Origin: an uncultured Candidatus Binatia bacterium
GTDB taxonomy: Bacteria > Desulfobacterota > Binatia > Bin18
Assembly (NCBI GenBank): GCA_965200965.1
Contig: OZ241744.1
Location: 1,664,001 to 1,728,000, forward strand
DNA: 64,000 nucleotides
Direction of reading: 5' to 3'
Within the stretch, counting starts at the first letter, position 1; each line of letters opens with the position of its first letter. Positions 18,865 to 28,400 of this stretch are shown one piece after another. A program made the translations under genes and the position numbers. The notes under the pieces were generated by a model. That model was not told the DNA's origin and did not search any database. It was given only the letters and a program-made list of their open reading frames with translations.

Positions 18865-20727
18865 ATGAAAAAAATGGACCGGAAGATTCGTTTTAATATC
18901 TGGTATGTATTCATCGCCCTGTGGGGGGTGATCCTGCTGCATAATCTGTGGCTCCAGGCCACCCAGATTGAACAGATTCCCTACAGCCAGTTCCAGGCCT
19001 ATCTCGACGAGGACCTGATCGAAGAGATCCGCGTCAGTAATAACTATATTCAGGGGACGCTGAAGCGTCCCCTGGAAGGCCAGCCCCGACAGTTTGTGAC
19101 AATTCGGGTTGAACCCGAGCTGGTCGACAAGCTGACCACCAACGGGGTCCGGTTTGCCGGCGAAATCGAGACCACCTTCCTGCGGGACTTCCTGTCGTGG
19201 ATTATCCCGGTGCTGCTCTTTGTCGGCATCTGGCTATTCGTGATGCGCCGGTTTACCCAAAAGCAGGGGCTGGGCGGCGGCTTTCTGTCGATCGGCAAGA
19301 GCAAAGCCAAGGTCTACATGGAGCAGGATGTCAAAGTCACCTTTAACGATGTGGCCGGGGTGGACGAGGCCAAGACCGAACTCCAGGAGGTCATCGCCTT
19401 TCTCAAGACCCCCGAAAAATTCGCCCGGCTGGGCGGCAAAATCCCCAAGGGCATCCTGCTCGTCGGCCCACCGGGTACGGGTAAGACCCTGCTGGCCAAA
19501 GCCGTGGCCGGTGAGGCCGGCGTGCCGTTCTTCTCCATCAGCGGCTCGGAGTTTGTGGAAATGTTTGTCGGGGTGGGGGCGGCCCGGGTGCGTGACCTGT
19601 TTGTTCAGGCCAAAGAGAAGGCACCGTGTATTATTTTTGTGGATGAGTTGGACGCCCTGGGCAAAGCCCGGGGAGTCGGCCCGGTGTCCCACGAAGAGCG
19701 CGAGCAGACCTTGAACCAACTCCTGGTCGAGATGGACGGCTTTGACCAGCGCACCGGGGTGATCCTGATGGCGGCGACCAACCGGCCAGAGATTCTGGAC
19801 CAAGCCCTGCTGCGGGCCGGCCGCTTTGACCGCCATGTGGTGGTTGACCGGCCGGATAAGATCGGCCGGCGGGACATTCTCAAGGTCCATGCCCGTCAGG
19901 TGCAGCTTGACCCGGACGCTGACCTGGAAGTTGTGGCGGCCATGACCCCCGGCTTTGCCGGGGCCGACCTAGCCAACATCATCAACGAAGCCGCGCTGTT
20001 GGCGGTCCGCATGGGCAAGGACTCGGTCGGCCTGCCCGAACTCCAGGAAGCGGTCGAGCGGGTGGTTGCCGGCCTGGAGAAAAAGAACCGGGTACTCAAC
20101 AAGGCCGAAAAAGAGCGGGTGGCCCATCACGAGATCGGTCACGCCCTCGTCTCGCTATCGCTGCCGGGCAGCGACGAGGTCCAGAAAATCTCGATTATTC
20201 CGCGCGGGGTGGCCGCCCTCGGCTATACCCTGCAACTGCCGACCGAAGATCGCTTTGTCATCACTAAGTCCGAGTTGGAGAATAAAATCGCCGTGTACCT
20301 CGGCGGTCGGGTCGCCGAAGAGATCATCTATCAGGAGAGCTCAACCGGCGCGCGGGACGATCTGCTCAAAGCCACCGACATCGCCAAAAACATGATCAAA
20401 GCCTACGGCATGAGCGACCAGCTGGGCCAGATCAGCTTTGATCAAGACCACCAGCCGATATTTCTGCCCGGCGTCCAGAGCCCCGGCCCGAGCGACTACA
20501 GCGAAGAAACCGCCCGGGCGATTGACGCCGAAATCCGGCGCATCATCGACGCCCAGTACGCGCGGGTGACAGAGCTGCTGCGCTCCAAAACCCAGATACT
20601 GAAGAGCGCGGCCCAAGCCCTGCTGGAAAAAGAAACCCTGAGCGGCGAGGAACTGCGGGCGATTGCCTCCCCCGCGGACAGTCCTGACCCCAGCGCGGGC
20701 GGACGCTTGGCCGTCCACCCGTCCTAG
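18865..20727 (+). CDS. ftsH: ATP-dependent zinc metalloprotease FtsH
   Basis: Two TM segments, [34 protein letters not shown]. Confidence 0.97.
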   Translation: MKKMDRKIRFNIWYVFIALWGVILLHNLWLQATQIEQIPYSQFQAYLDEDLIEEIRVSNNYIQGTLKRPLEGQPRQFVTIRVEPELVDKLTTNGVRFAGEIETTFLRDFLSWIIPVLLFVGIWLFVMRRFTQKQGLGGGFLSIGKSKAKVYMEQDVKVTFNDVAGVDEAKTELQEVIAFLKTPEKFARLGGKIPKGILLVGPPGTGKTLLAKAVAGEAGVPFFSISGSEFVEMFVGVGAARVRDLFVQAKEKAPCIIFVDELDALGKARGVGPVSHEEREQTLNQLLVEMDGFDQRTGVILMAATNRPEILDQALLRAGRFDRHVVVDRPDKIGRRDILKVHARQVQLDPDADLEVVAAMTPGFAGADLANIINEAALLAVRMGKDSVGLPELQEAVERVVAGLEKKNRVLNKAEKERVAHHEIGHALVSLSLPGSDEVQKISIIPRGVAALGYTLQLPTEDRFVITKSELENKIAVYLGGRVAEEIIYQESSTGARDDLLKATDIAKNMIKAYGMSDQLGQISFDQDHQPIFLPGVQSPGPSDYSEETARAIDAEIRRIIDAQYARVTELLRSKTQILKSAAQALLEKETLSGEELRAIASPADSPDPSAGGRLAVHPS

Positions 20728-21887
20728 GCCCCGGCGGTCAACTCCCGCTCTGAAAACCCGTACAGCCTCAGACAGTTATCCCACATGATCTTGCGCTTGG
20801 ACTCCGTGCTGACCCGGGGGTGCTCCTCGAGAAAGGTACGAATCCCGTTGGGAAAGGGTCCGTCGGCGTGGGGATAATCGACCGACATGACGATGTTATC
20901 ATCACCAATGTGGTCCACCACCAGCCCGAGCAGCTCTTCATCCACATCGGTGCCAATAAAACACTGGCGCTTGAAATACTCGCTGGGCAGGGCCGGCAGC
21001 TTGATCGACTCGCCGCCGCCGTATTTTTTCCACTGATCGTCCAGCCGGTTCAGCCACCACGGCAGCCAGCCGCAGTTGCCCTCCAGAAAACCGACCCGCA
21101 GGGCGGGAAACCGCTCCAGCACCCCGCCGGCGGTCATCGCCCCAAGTGCCAGCATCAGTTCCAGTGGAAAGGCCGACGAATGGTTGAGGGTCCGAAAGTT
21201 GGGATGGCCCCGAAACCGATTGCTGGCGTAGTCTTTTGAGGCCCCGCCGCTGGTGCCGTGAAAGGCCAGCGGAACGTTCAGCCGGCAGACCTCCCGCCAC
21301 AGCACATCACACTCCGGGGCGTTGAAATAGCGGCCGTTGACCGGCATGGGCAGCAGGATCACGCCCACATGGCCCTTGTGCTCAACCGCCCGCTGGGCCT
21401 CCGCGGCGGCCAACTCCGGGTCGTGGAGGGACACAATGGCGGCCGGCTTGAGGCGGCGGAGGTCGGCCCGGCAATAATCGGCCAGCCAGTCGTTAAAAGC
21501 TGTGCAGCAGGCCACGGCGTACTCCGGCTCGAGGGCGTCAATCGACACCACCATATGGGCAAAGGTCCGGTATACCACCCCGATATCAATGCCTTCGGCG
21601 TCCATCGCCTCCAGGGTCGTGCTGGCCTCGTACTTGCGCTCGCGCACCGGCCGGTACAGCGCTTCGGTCGGCGCGTCAAGAAACTTCTGCGGGCCGATCA
21701 CCTCCTCGGAGCGCGCCCAGGGCGGGATCAGCTGGCCCCGGACCTGCCAATGGGGGAAATTGGTCGGGCTCCAGCCCAGATACTGAGGCCGCTGGTCACG
21801 GTATTTTTCAGCAAAGTAGTTCTCGTACACCTCGCCCGTTTCAATCACATGCAGATCGCTGTCAATCACCCGGAAGCCCTCTTTCAT
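20724..21887 (-). CDS. Amidohydrolase family 2 protein
   Basis: IDSDLH, LAFH, FLEGNCGW, SVDYPHAD, KIMWDN. Confidence 0.9.
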   Translation of the reverse strand: MKEGFRVIDSDLHVIETGEVYENYFAEKYRDQRPQYLGWSPTNFPHWQVRGQLIPPWARSEEVIGPQKFLDAPTEALYRPVRERKYEASTTLEAMDAEGIDIGVVYRTFAHMVVSIDALEPEYAVACCTAFNDWLADYCRADLRRLKPAAIVSLHDPELAAAEAQRAVEHKGHVGVILLPMPVNGRYFNAPECDVLWREVCRLNVPLAFHGTSGGASKDYASNRFRGHPNFRTLNHSSAFPLELMLALGAMTAGGVLERFPALRVGFLEGNCGWLPWWLNRLDDQWKKYGGGESIKLPALPSEYFKRQCFIGTDVDEELLGLVVDHIGDDNIVMSVDYPHADGPFPNGIRTFLEEHPRVSTESKRKIMWDNCLRLYGFSERELTAGA

Positions 21888-22067
21888 GGTCGCATCCTTT
21901 CCGCCCTTCTCTCGATTGCTCAAGTCTAGCACTTCCGGCCGGCCGGCAGTAGGGGCGTTGCCAGATGCCTATCGCCCGGGGTAGTGTTCGGGCGGGGTGG
22001 ACGCTGATGCCCGCTTCGTCAAGAAAAACTCAGCGCCCCCCCCTGAGCAGAGAGGAGGAGGCCAGCC

Positions 22068-23279
22068 ATGTTTCTGATGCGGTTTACCGAGCGCGCCTAT
22101 GTGGCCTACACCGAAGAGGATGTACGCAGCAGCTTTCGCAGTTCCGTGCGTCTCACGTTTCCCAACTCCCATTTCAAGCCCGGCCTTGGCGCGGATATGT
22201 ACAACGAGTATCTTGACGAGTACGAGTATGCGGACGAGATCGGCTTTGACGGCCTGATGCTCAACGAGCACCACAACACCCCAACCTGCCTCGGGGCGGC
22301 TATGAACCTGGAGGCCGCCATCCTGGCCCGCACCACCAAACACGCCAAAATTGTGCTGCTGGGCAACCCGCTGCCGATCTTTGACAACCCGATCCGGCTG
22401 GCCGAGGAGCTGGCCGAGATCGACATGATCTCGCGCGGCCGGCTGGTCTCCGGCTTTGTGCGCGGCACCGGCATTGAGAGCTGGGCAACCAACACCAACC
22501 CGGCCTGCAACCGCGAGCGTTTTCAGGAGGCCCACGACCTGATTATCAAGACCTGGACCACGCCCGGCCCGTTTCGCTGGGAGGGCAAACACTATCAGTT
22601 CCGGGTCGTCAATCCCTTTGAGCGTCCACTCCAGGACCCCCACCCGCCGATCTGGATTCCGGGCGTTGGCAGCCCCGAGACCCTGGTGTGGTGCGCCCAG
22701 CATCACTATCCGTACATCTATCTGGAGACCGACCCGCAGGTCACCCTGGATATGATGGAGATTTACAAGCAGGCCGCGGCCGAGGTCGGCTATAGCCCGG
22801 GCCCGCAGCACTTCGGCTATCTGGTGCGGATTCACGTCCAGGACACGGACGAAAAAGCCTACGAGGCCGGGCGGGGCTTTCTGGTCGGCAACGCCGGGGT
22901 CGGGCGGGTACCACTGCCGGGTGATTTCATGGCCCCGCCGGGCTACAACTCGCGCGAGGGCACGCGGCGGCTGATTGAGCAGTACAAGCACGCGCTGCGT
23001 CCAGACCCGCTGTACGGCGGGGTAGACGCCGCTGGCTGGGACAAGGTGGTTGAGAGCAACCGGGTGATTGTCGGCAGCCCGGATACGGTCATCAAAAAGG
23101 TCCGGCAGATGCTGACCGAGGTCCGGCCCGGCATCCTGGGCGTGTGGACCAACGACGGCACAATCAGCCACCAGGACACCATGCGCTGCCTGCAACTGAT
23201 GGAAAAGGATGTGCTGCCGGCGATCAGGGACATGGGCCAGGAGCTTGAGCTGCCCGGTCCGTTTGAGCAAACGCCATAG
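22068..23279 (+). CDS. LLM-class flavin-dependent monooxygenase, paralog of 6612-7943
   Basis: LNEHH, RLAEELAEIDMISRGRLVSGFVRG, QDPHPPIWIPG. Confidence 0.92.
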   Translation: MFLMRFTERAYVAYTEEDVRSSFRSSVRLTFPNSHFKPGLGADMYNEYLDEYEYADEIGFDGLMLNEHHNTPTCLGAAMNLEAAILARTTKHAKIVLLGNPLPIFDNPIRLAEELAEIDMISRGRLVSGFVRGTGIESWATNTNPACNRERFQEAHDLIIKTWTTPGPFRWEGKHYQFRVVNPFERPLQDPHPPIWIPGVGSPETLVWCAQHHYPYIYLETDPQVTLDMMEIYKQAAAEVGYSPGPQHFGYLVRIHVQDTDEKAYEAGRGFLVGNAGVGRVPLPGDFMAPPGYNSREGTRRLIEQYKHALRPDPLYGGVDAAGWDKVVESNRVIVGSPDTVIKKVRQMLTEVRPGILGVWTNDGTISHQDTMRCLQLMEKDVLPAIRDMGQELELPGPFEQTP

Positions 23280-23289
23280 GGAGAACACC

Positions 23290-24078
23290 ATGTCAACACC
23301 ATACCAGGAAGAGTGGGTCGAGGTTGCCGGGGCGAATGTCCAACTCCTGAAAGGCGGACGCGGCGACCCGCTGGTGCTGTTTCACAGTATTGAGGGCAGC
23401 CCGGGCTGGCGGCGCTATCACGCACAGTTGGCCGAGCATTTTACCGTCTACGCGCCGACCCTGCCGGGCTTTGGCGTGTCAGAGCGGCCGGACTGGGTCG
23501 AGAGCTTTTTTGATCTGGCGCGCTTCTCGCTGTGGCTGGTCCAGGAACTGGGGCTGGACAGAGCCGCACTCGGCGGCCAGTTTATAGGCGGCTGGCTGGC
23601 GGCCGAAATGGCGGTCATGAGCCCCGGGCTGATCGACAAGCTGATCCTGGTTGACGCCGCCGGCATCCAGCCCCAGCGGGGAGAGATTGCCGATATTTTT
23701 CTGCACGGCCTGGAGGGCACGCGCCAACTGACATATTTTGCGCCCGAACAGGTGCCCGAATACGAAGAGATGTTCGGCCACAAACCGTCCAAGGAAGAGC
23801 GCGATATCCTGGCCCACAACCAGGAGACGGTCGTGCGCTACTGCTGGAAGCCGTACATGTATGACCGCAGCCTGCCGGCTCTGCTGCCCCGGCTGCGTGC
23901 GCCGACCCTGGTGATCTGGGGCCGTGACGATCGGATTGTGCCGCTGGAGTGCGGCCAGCGCTACCAGCGGGCCATTCCCGGTGCCCGGCTGGAAATCCTG
24001 CCCGAGTGCGGCAACTGCCCGCCCTTGGAAAAGCCCGACGCCTTCAGCAAGCTGGTGTGTGAATTTCTGCGCGCCTGA
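23290..24078 (+). CDS. Alpha/beta hydrolase-fold protein lacking canonical catalytic residues
   Basis: LPGFG and WGRDDRIVP present; elbow reads GGQFIGG and His site reads CGNCPP. Confidence 0.85.
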   Translation: MSTPYQEEWVEVAGANVQLLKGGRGDPLVLFHSIEGSPGWRRYHAQLAEHFTVYAPTLPGFGVSERPDWVESFFDLARFSLWLVQELGLDRAALGGQFIGGWLAAEMAVMSPGLIDKLILVDAAGIQPQRGEIADIFLHGLEGTRQLTYFAPEQVPEYEEMFGHKPSKEERDILAHNQETVVRYCWKPYMYDRSLPALLPRLRAPTLVIWGRDDRIVPLECGQRYQRAIPGARLEILPECGNCPPLEKPDAFSKLVCEFLRA

Positions 24079-24099
24079 GCAATACAGGAGAGTTTCCCC

Positions 24100-25029
24100 A
24101 TGCCCCTCCATCCAGAGGTTCAAAAAGCCCTGGCGGTGATGAACGCCACCATTCCGCCCCTGCACACCCTGCCGCCGCCGGAGGCGCGCAAACTCATTGA
24201 AGACATGCGCGGCCCCGCGGCAGAGCCCGAGGCGGTTGGTCGCGTTGAAAACCGCAACATTCCGGGTATAGCCGGCCCCCAGGCGGTACGGCTCTATACC
24301 CCAGAGGGGGACGGGCCGTTTCCCGTGCTGGTCTATTTTCACGGCGGCGGCTGGGTGCTCGGCAGTCCCAACACAGTTGATGCCTCGTGCCGGGCGTTGA
24401 CCAACTTGGCCGGCTGCATCGTTGTCTCGGCCAGCTATCGTCTGGCCCCGGAACACAAGTTCCCGGCCGCTATTGACGACTGTTATGCCGCCACCCGCTG
24501 GGTGGCGCTGAACGCCGCGGCCCTTGGCGGAGACACGGGCCGGCTGGCCGTTGGCGGGGAGAGCGCCGGCGCAAACCTGGCTACCGCGGTGGCCCTCAAA
24601 GCCGGCCAGCAGGGCATCCCCCGGCTGGCTTACCAACTGCTGATGTATCCGGTGCTCAACTACGCCTTTGACACGCCGTCCTACCACGACAAGGCCGAGG
24701 GCTATTTCCTGACCAGGGACATGATGGCTTGGTTCTGGAAGCAATACCTGGCCACCCCGGCCGACGGGCAGAACCCGCTGGCCTCGCCGCTCCGGGCCGC
24801 AGACCTCGGCGACCTCCCGCCGACCTTTATTGCCGCGGCCGAGTTTGACCCGTTGCGGGATGAAGCCGCGGCCTATGCGGCCAAGCTGGGAGAGGCCGGC
24901 GTGGCCGTGCAATACACCTGCTACGAGGGCCTGATCCACGGCTTTATGGGCATGGCCCCCGCGGTCGAACCGGCCAGGATTGCGCTTGAAGAAGCCGGCG
25001 CGACCCTCAAAGCGGCCTTTGCGGCATGA
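24100..25029 (+). CDS. HSL-family (Aes-like) esterase
   Basis: HGGGW, YRLAPEH, GESAG, DPLRDE, HGF. Confidence 0.94.
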   Translation: MPLHPEVQKALAVMNATIPPLHTLPPPEARKLIEDMRGPAAEPEAVGRVENRNIPGIAGPQAVRLYTPEGDGPFPVLVYFHGGGWVLGSPNTVDASCRALTNLAGCIVVSASYRLAPEHKFPAAIDDCYAATRWVALNAAALGGDTGRLAVGGESAGANLATAVALKAGQQGIPRLAYQLLMYPVLNYAFDTPSYHDKAEGYFLTRDMMAWFWKQYLATPADGQNPLASPLRAADLGDLPPTFIAAAEFDPLRDEAAAYAAKLGEAGVAVQYTCYEGLIHGFMGMAPAVEPARIALEEAGATLKAAFAA

Positions 25030-25074
25030 GTTGCCGGCGCTGGTTCAGCGGCACGGAGAGTCCGATGAATATTT

Positions 25075-25111
25075 ATTTCAATCCTCACCCAGCCCACAAG
25101 CCGGATGCTGT
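25075..25111 (-). repeat. Solitary variant CRISPR repeat
   Basis: ATTTCAATCCTCACCCAGCCCACAAGCCGGATGCTGT, 27/37 identical to the array repeat, hairpin retained. Confidence 0.85.
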
Positions 25112-25135
25112 TTTTACCCTGGCCCAGAGCGAGCG

Positions 25136-25411
25136 CTAGGGCCAGATAACCCGGTCTTCTTCGGCCAGGAAAGCGACCGAGCTGGCTGTGTCAACAAAGC
25201 GCTTCACATCCTCAAACTGCTCACGCTGGAGTTCGTCAGACGCCCATGCCTGCTCAAACGTGGCCAAATCCGGCCACGATAACTCGGCCACGCCGTCAAA
25301 CGCCGGTGTATCAGTCTCATAGGCTTCGGGGCAGACATGACACTGCACATAGCGGCGCAGACCGGGCGTTCTGGGCACCAGCGGCGCGTGTATATTCCGC
25401 CAATAGTCCTG
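25136..25411 (-). pseudogene. EthD-family protein, 5'-truncated at the first CRISPR repeat
   Basis: Reads QDYWRNIHAPLVPRTPGLRRYVQCH...FDGVAELSW...FVD; frame runs into the repeat and stops there, N-terminal segment absent. Confidence 0.85.
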
Positions 25412-28400
25412 GTTTCAATCCTCACCCGCCCTTACGGGCGGATGCTATATGCTCGAAGAAACTCTCCACGGGCGGCAACACCGGTTTCAATCCTCACCCG
25501 CCCTTACGGGCGGATGCTATCAATCATGGTTGCTCCTTCACCTGATGGTGCTTCAGTTTCAATCCTCACCCGCCCTTACGGGCGGATGCTATTGCCTCCT
25601 TGCTTCGATCGCCCCTGCTCGCCTGTGTTTCAATCCTCACCCGCCCTTACGGGCGGATGCTATGGCTCGCGGCGACGACCTGCTGATCTTGTCGCATGTT
25701 TCAATCCTCACCCGCCCTTACGGGCGGATGCTATAGTCGTGCTGTTTGAGGGCCGCTCACATATCAACGTTTCAATCCTCACCCGCCCTTACGGGCGGAT
25801 GCTATTAGTCGGACAGACATCCGAGCCAAAGCCGGGCACACCGTTTCAATCCTCACCCGCCCTTACGGGCGGATGCTATGCCCGGACTGGGCCCACCTTC
25901 TCGGCAACATCCAGCATGTTTCAATCCTCACCCGCCCTTACGGGCGGATGCTATGCCCGGACTGGGCCCACCTTCTCGGCAACATCCAGCATGTTTCAAT
26001 CCTCACCCGCCCTTACGGGCGGATGCTATGCCCGGACTGGGCCCACCTTCTCGGCAACATCCAGCATGTTTCAATCCTCACCCGCCCTTACGGGCGGATG
26101 CTATGTGAGCGGACAGAGTTGGTGATCGAGGCCGACCGGTTTCAATCCTCACCCGCCCTTACGGGCGGATGCTATTTGAACAGAGCTTCAGGTCAGCGGC
26201 CAGAGACTCGATGTTTCAATCCTCACCCGCCCTTACGGGCGGATGCTATACTGGAAGCACGACCACTGGCTCGACGGAAGGCAGTTTCAATCCTCACCCG
26301 CCCTTACGGGCGGATGCTATGGAGTGCGCCAGTCTTTGCCAGGCTGCCGGCGGTGTTTCAATCCTCACCCGCCCTTACGGGCGGATGCTATCGCCCCGTA
26401 GAACTCCAACATCTTTGACTTCTTGCTGTTTCAATCCTCACCCGCCCTTACGGGCGGATGCTATCCCAATCCTAGGATTCCCCCGGCCACGGCCGGGGGT
26501 TTCAATCCTCACCCGCCCTTACGGGCGGATGCTATAACCGCCCGGCGCGGGTTGCGGGCTATCGCCAGAAGGAGTTTCAATCCTCACCCGCCCTTACGGG
26601 CGGATGCTATGCCGGTGAACTTTATGGCTTTCAGTTCGCCCACACTGTTTCAATCCTCACCCGCCCTTACGGGCGGATGCTATGGGGCCCGGTGTACCGG
26701 CTCCTGTCGGAGTGCACCTGGTTTCAATCCTCACCCGCCCTTACGGGCGGATGCTATTCCCGCCAGGTCTCGGCGAGGCTCATCTCCCGCCGCCTGTTTC
26801 AATCCTCACCCGCCCTTACGGGCGGATGCTATGCCGACCGCCAGGAGAGATTGACATGAAAGATCTGTTTCAATCCTCACCCGCCCTTACGGGCGGATGC
26901 TATGAGCTGCTCGCGCTCGTCCAAATCCCGCCTCTGGTGTTTCAATCCTCACCCGCCCTTACGGGCGGATGCTATGGCCCGGCGGTGTAGGTCCGGCGCA
27001 AAAAAGAGCCGTTTCAATCCTCACCCGCCCTTACGGGCGGATGCTATGGTGGCGTTGGGCTAGATCGGTACATCCACCAGGTGGTTTCAATCCTCACCCG
27101 CCCTTACGGGCGGATGCTATGACCCCATCGGGCGGTTGGCGAACAGTCCCATCAGTAGTTTCAATCCTCACCCGCCCTTACGGGCGGATGCTATGTCGGC
27201 GGCAAGGTCAGTTTCAGTCTACGCCTGCCTGTTTCAATCCTCACCCGCCCTTACGGGCGGATGCTATGTTGCTACGCTAACCAAAAAAGGGACGCCCAGG
27301 AGCGTTTCAATCCTCACCCGCCCTTACGGGCGGATGCTATGTTGGAGCGCCGACCGATATTCCCGCGCCTGTGGAAGTTTCAATCCTCACCCGCCCTTAC
27401 GGGCGGATGCTATGGTCTACGTCCAGAGCGAGGTCTCCTGCAAGATGGAGTTTCAATCCTCACCCGCCCTTACGGGCGGATGCTATGGCCTAGGGCATGT
27501 TGCCCTCGCAGCAACTCTCAACGTTTCAATCCTCACCCGCCCTTACGGGCGGATGCTATGGGTCTACGACCGGGACGAGACCCCGGAAGAAAAAGTTTCA
27601 ATCCTCACCCGCCCTTACGGGCGGATGCTATGATGATCTACGCCAAGCTGGAAGAGAGCATGAGCGTGTTTCAATCCTCACCCGCCCTTACGGGCGGATG
27701 CTATGGCCATGACGGATGTTCCTCTTGATCCACTTCTGGATGTTTCAATCCTCACCCGCCCTTACGGGCGGATGCTATGCCGATGGAGCCATATAGGAGG
27801 CGCGGGGTCAATCCTAGTTTCAATCCTCACCCGCCCTTACGGGCGGATGCTATGAGCAGCAGAGGCGTCAGCGTGAACTTGAGTTGCAGTTTCAATCCTC
27901 ACCCGCCCTTACGGGCGGATGCTATGCAGGCCCGGCCTGGTTGGCGGTGATCCCCCCGCTGTTTCAATCCTCACCCGCCCTTACGGGCGGATGCTATGGT
28001 CATGGAGGCCGGGCTGGCGGACCTGTACGCTAAGTTTCAATCCTCACCCGCCCTTACGGGCGGATGCTATGGACCCCTGACTGGCTAGAATCCCCTGGTC
28101 ACGCTGGTTTCAATCCTCACCCGCCCTTACGGGCGGATGCTATGTCTATCATGCTTGCCTCCTCAATCCAGGATTGCCCGGTTTCAATCCTCACCCGCCC
28201 TTACGGGCGGATGCTATGTCCAAGAGTCAACTCAATACGAGATTGTAGACGTAGTTTCAATCCTCACCCGCCCTTACGGGCGGATGCTATGTGGACAGCC
28301 GAAGCTGCCGACCTTCACCAAGGGGTTTCAATCCTCACCCGCCCTTACGGGCGGATGCTATGATCATCTGATGGCTCATACTGCCTCCTCAATCCTAGTT

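Noticed and set aside
22943-24939. Long antisense ORFs such as 23479-24939 (also 21969-23291, 6573-7646, 50170-51237)
   Set aside because: Shadow frames of well-supported genes in high-GC DNA, with no motifs of their own.
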